Source: Candidatus Limiplasma pullistercoris (GTDB lineage: Bacteria > Bacillota > Clostridia > Christensenellales > Aristaeellaceae). Taken from it: DNA of 64,000 nt. The stretch covers positions 15,050 through 79,049 of the forward strand of contig DVMC01000066.1 of the NCBI GenBank assembly GCA_018715165.1, read 5' to 3'. The first letter of the stretch is position 1. Every line of letters begins with the position of its first letter. The position numbers and the translations under genes are program-made. The notes under the pieces are model-generated. The model worked only from the letters and a program-made list of their open reading frames with translations, did no database searches and was not told the DNA's origin. This document shows, piece after piece, positions 44,850 through 53,302 of the stretch.

Positions 44850-45710
44850 TCAGGCGACCAGCCCGGCGGCGCTAAGCGCGCGGATGAGCTGGTCCTCAAA
44901 CGGCTCCTCCGGTATGATCAGGCCATGGCACACCCCCCGCGCCCGACAGAAGGCGGCCACCTCCTCCACATAGGCGCGCGCGGTTTCGCGGTAGCGCCGC
45001 AGCGCCTCGTAGCCTCCGGCGGTGAGGAAGCGCTCACCCGTCTCGCTGTCTACCAGCTCGGCCGTGTCCTCCAGCTGCGGGTCCCACTCGGCGGCGCTCC
45101 ACACCTGCAGGACGGAGGTTTCCTGCTTGCGGTACAACAGCGAGAGCACGGCCTGCTCCCAGCCGTCCAGCAGGTCGCCGATGAGCACGGACGCACCCCT
45201 GCCGCCCGCGAGCCTCATAGCCGGCACGGCGGTTTCAATCATCGCGCGCCCCTGGGGCCGCGTACCCTCCAGAAAGGCGGACAGCTCCGGGTAACAGTGT
45301 CGGCCCCGGAGCGGGCGCGTATGCCGCTCTCCCCCGCCGCCCAGGGTATGCACCGTCACGCTGTCGCCGCCGCACAGGCACAGGTAGCCCAGCGTCTGCG
45401 CCAGCTGGCACGCAGGCTCCCATTTGCCGAAATCCATGGAGGCGCTCGCGTCCACGATCAGATGGACGCGCTGCTCCTGCTCCTCCATGAACAGCTTCAA
45501 AAACAGCTTTTCAAAGCGCGCGTAGGCGTTCCAGTCCACGCGGCGGATGTCGTCGCCCGCCGCGTATTCGCGGAAGTCCGAAAACTCCACGCTGCTGCCC
45601 AGCGCGCGCGAACGCCGCAGTCCCCCCGAACCGCCCGACGCCGGATGGCGCATGCGCAGGGCCAAAGCGTCCAGGCGCTTCAGAAACGAATCGCTCAGCA
45701 TCATGCTCAT
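44850..45710 (-). CDS. DUF58 domain protein (MoxR partner)
   Basis: FSDFREYAAGDDIRRVDWNAYAR and IVDASASMDFG are canonical DUF58 motifs. Confidence 0.9.
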   Translation of the reverse strand: MSMMLSDSFLKRLDALALRMRHPASGGSGGLRRSRALGSSVEFSDFREYAAGDDIRRVDWNAYARFEKLFLKLFMEEQEQRVHLIVDASASMDFGKWEPACQLAQTLGYLCLCGGDSVTVHTLGGGGERHTRPLRGRHCYPELSAFLEGTRPQGRAMIETAVPAMRLAGGRGASVLIGDLLDGWEQAVLSLLYRKQETSVLQVWSAAEWDPQLEDTAELVDSETGERFLTAGGYEALRRYRETARAYVEEVAAFCRARGVCHGLIIPEEPFEDQLIRALSAAGLVA

Positions 45711-45721
45711 CCTCTCCCGCT

Positions 45722-46702
45722 TCAGCCGCGCGGAAGCTGCTTAAGCAGCGCGGCGATCACGCCTTCCACCGTTTCGCCCTGCGCCATGCCCTCGAAGCTC
45801 AGGGCGATGCGGTGCCTGAGGCATGCGGGCGCAACGGCTTCGATGTCCTCAAAGGCTACGTTGTAGCGCCCGTTCATCAGCGCGCGGGCGCGTGAGGTGG
45901 CTATCAGCGCCTGCGCCGCGCGCGGGCTGGCTCCAAAGCGCACGCAACGGCGCACCAGCTCCGGGCTCTGGTCCAGTTCGGGATGCGTGGCCAATACCAG
46001 CCGCAGCGCGAAATCGCGCACAGCCTGCGCCACGGGCACCTCCTGCGCCACTGCGCGCAGGCCCATGAGCGTCTCCGCATTGGCGACGCACCCGGCATGG
46101 CTGGTCTGGGGCATGGTGGTCAGTCCCACGATTTCCGCCAGCTCTTCCAGCGTTGGGAAATCCACCAGGATTTTCAGCATGAAGCGGTCCAGCTGCGCCT
46201 CCGGCAGAGGGTAGGTGCCCTCCTGCTCCATGGGGTTCTGCGTGGCCAGCACGAAGTAGGGCTCCGAAAGCGCATGCGTTTCGCCGCCCACGGTGACGGA
46301 GTGCTCCTGCATGGCTTCCAGCAGCGCCGCCTGCGTTTTGGGCGTAGCGCGGTTGATTTCGTCCGCCAGCACGATGGAGGCGAACAGCGGTCCCTTGCGA
46401 AAGCGGAACTCGTTGCCTGCGTCGGTCTTGACGATGATGTTGGTGCCGGTGATATCGGCGGGCATCAGGTCGGGCGTGAACTGGATGCGGCTGAACGGCA
46501 GGTCGAACACGCTGGAGAGCGTGCGCACCAAGCGCGTCTTGCCCAGGCCCGGCACGCCCTCCAGCAGCACGTTGCCGCCCGCGATCAGCGCGGTGAGCAG
46601 CTGCTCCACCACGCGCTCCTGACCGATGATCTCCTTGGCAATTTCGGCCCTGATGGCCTGTACTGTATCAAAAAAGGACTCGATCTGCTCCTGTGGAATC
46701 AT
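45722..46702 (-). CDS. MoxR-family AAA+ ATPase
   Basis: Walker A LEGVPGLGKT, FSRIQFTPDLMPADITG and Walker B LADEINRA. GAGGAGG SD supports the ATG at 46702. The track ORF starts at 46723 in an ATGA overlap with the upstream stop. Confidence 0.9.
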   Translation of the reverse strand: MIPQEQIESFFDTVQAIRAEIAKEIIGQERVVEQLLTALIAGGNVLLEGVPGLGKTRLVRTLSSVFDLPFSRIQFTPDLMPADITGTNIIVKTDAGNEFRFRKGPLFASIVLADEINRATPKTQAALLEAMQEHSVTVGGETHALSEPYFVLATQNPMEQEGTYPLPEAQLDRFMLKILVDFPTLEELAEIVGLTTMPQTSHAGCVANAETLMGLRAVAQEVPVAQAVRDFALRLVLATHPELDQSPELVRRCVRFGASPRAAQALIATSRARALMNGRYNVAFEDIEAVAPACLRHRIALSFEGMAQGETVEGVIAALLKQLPRG

Positions 46703-46719
46703 GCCCCGTATCCTCCTCA

Positions 46720-48177
46720 TCATTGCGCAAGCGCGTTAAAGTACGTTTCGACCCACTGCCGGGCGTAGGCGGGCAGGCCCGCGTCCTGCGCGGCTTCCAC
46801 GGCCGCCTCGCGGTACTCCGGCAGGGCCTGCCGGTAAGGCACGCTGCCCTCCAGGCTGCCTGCGCCGTTTCCGGCCTGCACTTCCAGAATCTCTCCCTCG
46901 CCCATCCGCCCGCGCTCGTTTTGAATTTCGCCAGAGGTTCCCAGGCGGGTGGGATCGTAGATGGCTTCGTAGTCCGCGACCTTCTTTTCGGGCGAGGCTG
47001 CGCCCTGCGCGGGCGCCGCGGCCTGCGCGGGACGTTCTCCCCCGTCCCCGTCGGACGAGCCCAGGCTGGCCCCTCCGCCGGGCTGGCCCTGTCCCTCCTG
47101 GTCGCTCACCCCCTGCTGCCCCGCGCCGCTGCCAGCCAGCGAGGCAATCGTGCCCTGTGCGGTCTGCGCGCCTGTACGGGCCGCCGCGCCGCGTACCATG
47201 CCGGTGAGGGCCAGCGCCTGCGCGCTGGAAGCCGTTTCGCCGGAGGCGGCGGCCTGCAGCGCAGAAAGCGCCTGCTGCGTCTCGCCGGAGGCCAGCGCCT
47301 GCGCCGCCTGGCTTAGCTGCTGGGCGGCCGTCTGGTCCGACGCCTTGGCGGCTGCATCGGCAAGCAGCTCCTTTGTCTCCCCGGCCTCCAACGCCTGCTG
47401 CGCGGCCAGCGCATCGCCGTCCTCCAGGGACTGGGCCAGCGCGCCAAGGCCGGCGGCGCGCATGGCGTCCAGCGCATCCCTGGCCGTGCGCGCCTCCAGG
47501 CTTTCCACCTTGCGTTCGGCGGTGTCCACGGCGGTCAGGGCGTCGCGCACGCTTTCGGCCAGGCGCAGTTCGCCCGACAAATCACCCAACAGCCTGCGCA
47601 GCTCCGGCGTCTCCGCAGCGTTCGCATCCAGCGCCGTCGCGCCCTCGTCCACCTTCTGCGCCTGTTCCACCATCTCGGCATGAAACGCCTCCTGTTCCCG
47701 AAGCGCCTGCGCCTGCGGATTGGGAACCAAAAAGCTTACGCCCAGCAGCGCCGCGCAGGCCAGCGTCCCGATCCAGGCCAGCCGGGGAGGCCTCAAGGCC
47801 ATTTGCCGCGCGGGTTCCAGGCGCTTGAGGCTGCTCAATGCATCCTTTCGTTGCAGGCGGGCCATATCGGTATCGCAGCCGCCCAGCATCACGGCGGTCT
47901 GCGCGCGGGCCATCAGGCCCAGCGCGTCGGCCTGCCGCGCCGCGTCCAGCGACGTGATGGGCCACAGCCAGGAAACCAGCGCGAAGATCGCGGGCAGGGC
48001 CGCCTGCGTCATCACGCTCCAAAAAAGCACCGTGGGAAAGATCCACACAAAGGAGGCGGCCCGCAGCAGCAGCACGCCTACCGCCCCCGCAAACAGGCCG
48101 TACATGGCCCAGATAAAGGTGCGCTGCGTCCGCATGCGGCGTTTCACGGGCCGCAGCGCGCGTTCGAGTTCTCTCAT
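46720..48177 (-). CDS. Membrane protein of unknown function (N-terminal transmembrane segments, long Ala/Gln-rich coiled coil, Gly/Ser/Asp linker, conserved-looking C-terminal module)
   Basis: 485 aa. Hydrophobic segments lie in the first 170 aa. Repetitive AQQALEAG../AAQALASGETQQALSALQAA region. C-terminus is VPYRQALPEYREAAVEAAQDAGLPAYARQWVETYFNAL. Both ends share 4-nt overlaps with neighbouring genes. Confidence 0.7.
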   Translation of the reverse strand: MRELERALRPVKRRMRTQRTFIWAMYGLFAGAVGVLLLRAASFVWIFPTVLFWSVMTQAALPAIFALVSWLWPITSLDAARQADALGLMARAQTAVMLGGCDTDMARLQRKDALSSLKRLEPARQMALRPPRLAWIGTLACAALLGVSFLVPNPQAQALREQEAFHAEMVEQAQKVDEGATALDANAAETPELRRLLGDLSGELRLAESVRDALTAVDTAERKVESLEARTARDALDAMRAAGLGALAQSLEDGDALAAQQALEAGETKELLADAAAKASDQTAAQQLSQAAQALASGETQQALSALQAAASGETASSAQALALTGMVRGAAARTGAQTAQGTIASLAGSGAGQQGVSDQEGQGQPGGGASLGSSDGDGGERPAQAAAPAQGAASPEKKVADYEAIYDPTRLGTSGEIQNERGRMGEGEILEVQAGNGAGSLEGSVPYRQALPEYREAAVEAAQDAGLPAYARQWVETYFNALAQ

Positions 48178-49076
48178 GCTCGTTTTCCTTTCGGCGCTCT
48201 GGGCTTGCGCACGCGCAGGTTCAGCGCGGCAAGCGCGATCAGCAGCACGGACGCCGCCGCCAGGAACGCCATATTGCAGTACAGGAAGTGATCAAAGGGC
48301 AGGTAGGTGAAGGTGTTGGCCAGGCTGTAGCTGAACTGCCAGAGCATGCTGGAAAACATCTGCGTCTGCGCCGCCAGCAGCGAAAACAGGCCCAGGGCGG
48401 GATTGATGGTAAAGGAAATCGGCGTGTATTCAATCGTGTGCAGCTGTCCCCCGACGATGTTCATGGCGTCGTAAAGATCGCCGATGCGCTTGACGTCATG
48501 CCACAGAGGCAGGAGCGTGACAATTCCCAGCGCAAATACCGACAGGTAGCTCATCACCGTAGCCGTGACCGTGCGCTGAAACAGCGAGGAACACACCAGT
48601 CCCACGCTAAGCGCCGCCAGCGCCGTCAGCAGCAGAAACGCCACGCTCACCAGCACCTGCGCAAACGTCGCTCCGCCGGTGATCAGCACCAGCGAAAGCA
48701 TGGGCAAAGAGCACATCACCATGAGAGCCAGAAAGCTGAAACTTTCCAGCAGCTTGCCCAGCACCAGCTTGACCGCGCCGGTATTGGTTACCAGGAGCAA
48801 ATCCAGCGTCTGCCGCTCCCGCTCGCCGCTGATGCTGCCGGCGGTCATGGCGGGGGCCACCAGCACCAGCAGAGCAAATTGCAGCATGATCATATACGCA
48901 TATCCATCCACGCTCAGGCGCATGTCCCCCAGGGTGACCGTCGCGCCCATAAAGCGCCCGTATACCGTAAAATAGGCGAGCAGCGCCAGAAGCAGCGAAT
49001 ACAGCGTGATCAGCAGCGGCGTGCGCGCCGAGCGCATGCGCCGGATGGCCGAAAAGGCGAAAATCGGGTTATTCAC
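48174..49076 (-). CDS. ABC-2 type transporter permease
   Basis: 300 aa with about 6 transmembrane segments. 8-nt overlap with the upstream ATPase gene. Confidence 0.8.
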   Translation of the reverse strand: MNNPIFAFSAIRRMRSARTPLLITLYSLLLALLAYFTVYGRFMGATVTLGDMRLSVDGYAYMIMLQFALLVLVAPAMTAGSISGERERQTLDLLLVTNTGAVKLVLGKLLESFSFLALMVMCSLPMLSLVLITGGATFAQVLVSVAFLLLTALAALSVGLVCSSLFQRTVTATVMSYLSVFALGIVTLLPLWHDVKRIGDLYDAMNIVGGQLHTIEYTPISFTINPALGLFSLLAAQTQMFSSMLWQFSYSLANTFTYLPFDHFLYCNMAFLAAASVLLIALAALNLRVRKPRAPKGKRA

Positions 49077-50007
49077 CCTGCGTCACCTCCATAAAGACCT
49101 TTTCCAGATTGAGGGGCGGGCGGTGGAAGTCCACCAGCGGCGCGCCCGCGGCGAGCTGCCTGAGCAGGCCCGCGGTCGCCTCCTCTCCGCCGTCGAAATG
49201 CACGGTGAGCACATTGCCCTCCTCACGCCCCACGCCGGTTACGCCCGGATACTGGCGAATGAGCGTGACGGCGGCCTCCACCGCGTCCGCACCCGCATCC
49301 AAGGCCAGGCGCACCCGGATGGGCGCGTTGCCGCTCATGTGCCGGCCCAGTTCCTCCACCGAACCGGAGAACACCAGCCGGCCATGGTCGATGATGGTCA
49401 GCGAATCGCACATCTCGGACAGCTCCGGCAAAATATGCGAGGAGATCAGCACCGTTTTGCCCATGTCCTTGAGCGTTCGCAAAATCCCCTTCATCTCCGC
49501 GCGGGCGCGCGGGTCCATGCCGGAGGCCGGCTCGTCCAGGATGAGCAGGCGCGGGTCATGGATGAGCGCGCGCGCCAGGCACAGCCGCTGCTTCATGCCG
49601 CGGGAGAGCACGTCCACGTAGCTGTCGCGCTTGTCGGTCAGGTTCACCAGCTCCAGCAGGCTCTCGGTCATATGCTTGCGTTCCTTTGGGCCAAAGCCGT
49701 AGCAGCGCGCATAAAAGTCCAGGTATTCCCAGGTTTTCAGCCGGTCATAGACGCCGAAGAAGTCCGGCATATAGCCCATGAGGCGGCGAATTTCACGCGG
49801 ACGGCCCGTCACGTCCACGCCGTCCAGCATGGCCGTTCCCTCGCTTGGCTTAAGGAGCGTCGCCAGGATGCGCATGGTGGTGGTTTTGCCCGCGCCGTTG
49901 GGGCCCACAAAGCCGTGGAGCTCGCCGTCATGAATGGTCATGCTCAAGTGGTCCAGCGCCAGAAACGGCCCATAGTAGCGCGTAAGTCCGTCAAGTACCA
50001 GCATCAT
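49069..50007 (-). CDS. ABC transporter ATP-binding protein (ABC-2 subfamily)
   Basis: Walker A GPNGAGKTT, signature LSRGMKQR, Walker B LLILDEPASGMD. Confidence 0.95.
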   Translation of the reverse strand: MMLVLDGLTRYYGPFLALDHLSMTIHDGELHGFVGPNGAGKTTTMRILATLLKPSEGTAMLDGVDVTGRPREIRRLMGYMPDFFGVYDRLKTWEYLDFYARCYGFGPKERKHMTESLLELVNLTDKRDSYVDVLSRGMKQRLCLARALIHDPRLLILDEPASGMDPRARAEMKGILRTLKDMGKTVLISSHILPELSEMCDSLTIIDHGRLVFSGSVEELGRHMSGNAPIRVRLALDAGADAVEAAVTLIRQYPGVTGVGREEGNVLTVHFDGGEEATAGLLRQLAAGAPLVDFHRPPLNLEKVFMEVTQGE

Positions 50008-52520
50008 TCCACCCTCCCTTCCATGGTGATCGCCGGCGTGTCGATGTCGGCATAGCCGTCATCCGCGCCCAGCTTTTCAAACTGGCAATACAGAAATCCG
50101 TCCATCAGGTATTCCTGCACATCCGGCAGGATGCTTTCCGTCTTGCCCTGCCCGGTGGCATTGTCCAGGGTATAGCGCTTGTATTCGTCCCATTCGCCGG
50201 TGGCGGGGTTGTAGAGCGATACCTTGTAGGAATAGTAGGCATAGCGGCTGGAGATGTCCATCTCCGTCACGCGCATGCCCTGGGGCATGGCGTTCAGGTC
50301 AAAGGCGAAGGCCCGGCTTTGCACCAGCGGAAAGCTTTGATACTGGCTGGGGTCCAAAAGCTCCTGCAGCAGGGGACGGCCGCTCGCGTCCTCCTCGGCC
50401 AGATAGACGGGGAAGCTGCCGCGCAGGAAACGCACGGTTCCGTCCTCCCCCACGGGATCGTAGGTCAAATTCACACTGACCATGCCGCGCTGCGCGGTGC
50501 GGGTCACGGGCTGACCATCCACCTCAAGGGCAAGCTCCGTCAGTTCGTCGCAGAACGCCACAAAGCGGAACCGGCTTCCATCGTCGCTGCGGCTGATATT
50601 GCTGAGCATGGAACGGCGGATCATGGCTTCCTCGTACTCCGCCTTGGTCATATCCTCCGGGTCCGCGAAAGTGGCTCGTTCCACGAAATCATAGGTCGAA
50701 TAGGAATAGTTCATCAAATCCGCATCGCTCAAAAGCACGCCGTCTCCAAAGGCGTCCTCACGGTCCCTCGGCGCGCCGGGCGCAGCGGCGGGCAGGGGAA
50801 CGAGCGCCGCCTCTGCAGTCTGGCCGGGTAGAAGGTCGCCCACGGTCACAAAGCCGTAATCCGTCACGATTACGCCGTTGTTTAGCGCCACGCGGCTGTT
50901 GTTGGTCACCTGAATGACCAGATTTTCCCCTTCCCAGCGGCAGATGCCGGATACGCCGCTCATATCCTCGGTGGGCGTGTCCCGCGCAACGAGCGTAGCG
51001 ACGTTCCAGGAGCCGCTTTCAGGATAGGTGATGGTGGTAATGGGGCCATAGGTGCATACGTAACGCAGCCTGTTGGCGTTTTCCGTCCCGGTGGGCGAGC
51101 TGTTGGCATAATAGGAAATGCTGTCGAGAAGCTCCACATTTCCATTGGCCACACCCAGGGTCAGGGGCCCTCGTTCCGCCTTGGTGGCCATGACCGCGGT
51201 ATATCCGTCCTGCTGTCCGCTTTCATCCACCGTAAGGACGGTATAGTAGGTGGCGGCGGGGCTGCGCAGGGGCAGTGCCTGGCTCATCCCCCACAGGGCC
51301 AACGAAGCTACGGCCGCCAGCGCGGGCACCGTGGCCCACATCCATTCACGCCGGTCCAGGCGCTTGAGCAGCCAATAGCTGCCAAAACCGGCCAGCAGCA
51401 CGAACGCTCCGACCACCACCATGGGCAATACGGCCGCGCCGGTGTTTTCCACGCCGATGTGGTTGGTAATGTTCGTATCTACGGACGCGCGGGTATCGCG
51501 CACATAACCGCCGTAGCGGCGGCTGCTCATGATATCCTGGTACCGCGTCTGGGCAAAGGTGAGCAGCAGGCGCTGCCACAGCGCATTTCTCTCCAGCCAT
51601 GCGTTGAGCGGTTTTTCGCTGATGGAGAAGGCTGCGGTGACCACGTATCCCTTCTCCACACGCGTCACATCCGCCAGGGCTGCGCTGCCTACGCTCTGAC
51701 CTGTACCGCCCTTAAGCGATACCGTCATCACGTCCTGTCCCAGGGGCGTGCCGTCCAGGCCGAAGGTCTTGAGCAGATCGACGGTGATATCGCCGCCGCT
51801 GGCTACCGCGCCGGGGGATACGCCCGTGTAGCGCTCAAAGAACCCGAAGTTCTCCGCCGCCTTTCCGCCGCCGCCCACTACGGCCACGCCGCCGCCCTTG
51901 AGCCAGCCATCCAGCGCGTCCTGCTGGCGCTGGGTCAGCGTGCCCATGTCAAAGCCGTCCACGGCCAGCACGTCAAAGAAACGCAGGCTTTCCACATCCG
52001 AGGGAAAGGAGGCGGCATCCAGCGGGATGACGGTCCAGTATTCGTCGCGCAAAAGCGGATCGGTCGTCCTGGTGATGCTGAAGCTGGAAAAATCCGCCGC
52101 ATCGCCTCCCAGCGCGCCCACGATCAGGTTGGAAGGGTCAATTGTACCGGAGGGCTGGACTTCCCGCTGGGCTACGGTTTCGCCATCCACCACCCAGCTG
52201 ACGGTGTAGCTCTTCTGCATCTGGGTGAGGACCACGGGCAGGGATACATCCAGCGTGCTGCCCGCCGCGACGGACAAGGGAAGCTCGTAACGGTCGTATT
52301 CCCAATCGTTGCGGTTCACATTCACCGTGACCACCCCGTTGGCATCCGCGCCCGTGTTGGTGATGCGCACGTTCACAGGCAGCGTGCGGACATAGGTGAT
52401 CACGCCGTCGTATCCGATCTCCGCTTCCAGCGCGGCTGCCGCCGAAGCAGCGGCAGGCAAAAGAAACATCGCTGCGCACAGCGCCAGCGAGCCAAGTTTC
52501 AAAAGGGTTCTCCGTAGCAT
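50004..52520 (-). CDS. Large envelope protein of unknown function (signal peptide, extracytoplasmic domain, central transmembrane pair, second large domain); first gene of the 8-gene operon
   Basis: AAGGAGG lies 7 nt before the ATG at 52520. Signal peptide LLKLGSLALCAAMFLLPAAASAAA. The stretch FFDVLAVDGFDMGTL...GWLKGGGVAVVGGGG resembles the GATase1-like/GldG-like fold seen in ABC auxiliary proteins. Transmembrane pair at AVLPMVVVGAFVLLAGFG and WATVPALAAVASLALWG. Confidence 0.7.
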   Translation of the reverse strand: MLRRTLLKLGSLALCAAMFLLPAAASAAAALEAEIGYDGVITYVRTLPVNVRITNTGADANGVVTVNVNRNDWEYDRYELPLSVAAGSTLDVSLPVVLTQMQKSYTVSWVVDGETVAQREVQPSGTIDPSNLIVGALGGDAADFSSFSITRTTDPLLRDEYWTVIPLDAASFPSDVESLRFFDVLAVDGFDMGTLTQRQQDALDGWLKGGGVAVVGGGGKAAENFGFFERYTGVSPGAVASGGDITVDLLKTFGLDGTPLGQDVMTVSLKGGTGQSVGSAALADVTRVEKGYVVTAAFSISEKPLNAWLERNALWQRLLLTFAQTRYQDIMSSRRYGGYVRDTRASVDTNITNHIGVENTGAAVLPMVVVGAFVLLAGFGSYWLLKRLDRREWMWATVPALAAVASLALWGMSQALPLRSPAATYYTVLTVDESGQQDGYTAVMATKAERGPLTLGVANGNVELLDSISYYANSSPTGTENANRLRYVCTYGPITTITYPESGSWNVATLVARDTPTEDMSGVSGICRWEGENLVIQVTNNSRVALNNGVIVTDYGFVTVGDLLPGQTAEAALVPLPAAAPGAPRDREDAFGDGVLLSDADLMNYSYSTYDFVERATFADPEDMTKAEYEEAMIRRSMLSNISRSDDGSRFRFVAFCDELTELALEVDGQPVTRTAQRGMVSVNLTYDPVGEDGTVRFLRGSFPVYLAEEDASGRPLLQELLDPSQYQSFPLVQSRAFAFDLNAMPQGMRVTEMDISSRYAYYSYKVSLYNPATGEWDEYKRYTLDNATGQGKTESILPDVQEYLMDGFLYCQFEKLGADDGYADIDTPAITMEGRVE

Positions 52521-52645
52521 CTGCGTTCCTCCTTGCACGCGCCGGGGCGCGTTTTGAAGCGCTTACGCATATGCAACGGAACGAATCTGGGTTTTCTTCC
52601 CACGCCGTCGGGTTTGAGCTGCCAAAAATGTAACAATCCCCCGGC

Positions 52646-52677
52646 AAAAAAAGGGACCGCCTGACGGCGGCCCCCCC
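52646..52677 (-). terminator. Intrinsic terminator after the TetR gene
   Basis: On the minus strand, gggccgcc/gtca/ggcggtccc is followed by eight T. Confidence 0.75.
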
Positions 52678-52690
52678 AAAAAGCCAATTT

Positions 52691-53272
52691 TCAAACCACA
52701 ATCCGGTCGCACACGCCCAGCACCAGCTCGCGCAGGGCCTCGGCGTAGCAGGCCATCTCCCGCGCGTTCTGCACGGAGAGGTAAAGGATATGGATGATGG
52801 AGCCCACCATCTCGTCCGATACGCGAAAGGCCACGCCCTCTCGCTTGAGCAGCTCCAGAATGCTCATGGACATGCTCTTGAAGTGGGCCAGCGCCTCGTC
52901 CGTGGCGGCCAGGGCGACCAGCTGGGGCATATCCTCCTTGAGAAAGCGCATCACGTTCAGCTCCGCCAGACGGTCGAAAGCGGCGTTGACCGCCTCGGCG
53001 GTTCGGTCACGGTTGCTCTTTCCCTTCGACTGGCGCAGCGCGCGCTGCGCCTCGCCGACGATGAGCATTTCAAAATGCATGCCCACCTGCAAAAACAGCT
53101 GTTCCTTGCTTTCATAAAACTTATAGAAGGTGGACTTTGAAATCCCCGCGTCCGATGTGAGACGCTCCAGGGACACCCGCTTGACGTCCATGCTCACCGC
53201 GTGGCGGCAAGCGCTGTCAAAGAGCCGGGCGCGAATATCCTCCATCTGCTGCGGCGTAAATGCCTGCGGCAT
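52691..53272 (-). CDS. TetR/AcrR family transcriptional regulator
   Basis: N-terminal helix-turn-helix SLERLTSDAGISKSTFYKFYESKEQLF. 193 aa. Confidence 0.9.
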   Translation of the reverse strand: MPQAFTPQQMEDIRARLFDSACRHAVSMDVKRVSLERLTSDAGISKSTFYKFYESKEQLFLQVGMHFEMLIVGEAQRALRQSKGKSNRDRTAEAVNAAFDRLAELNVMRFLKEDMPQLVALAATDEALAHFKSMSMSILELLKREGVAFRVSDEMVGSIIHILYLSVQNAREMACYAEALRELVLGVCDRIVV

Positions 53273-53302
53273 ATCCTTTTCCCCCTCTGAAAGACCGTTG
53301 TT

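Noticed and set aside
47100-47560. Repetitive GC-rich DNA resembling a tandem repeat
   Set aside because: It is in-frame low-complexity coding sequence, the Ala/Gln-rich coiled coil of the 485-aa protein. The repeats are degenerate and are not spaced like a CRISPR array or a satellite.
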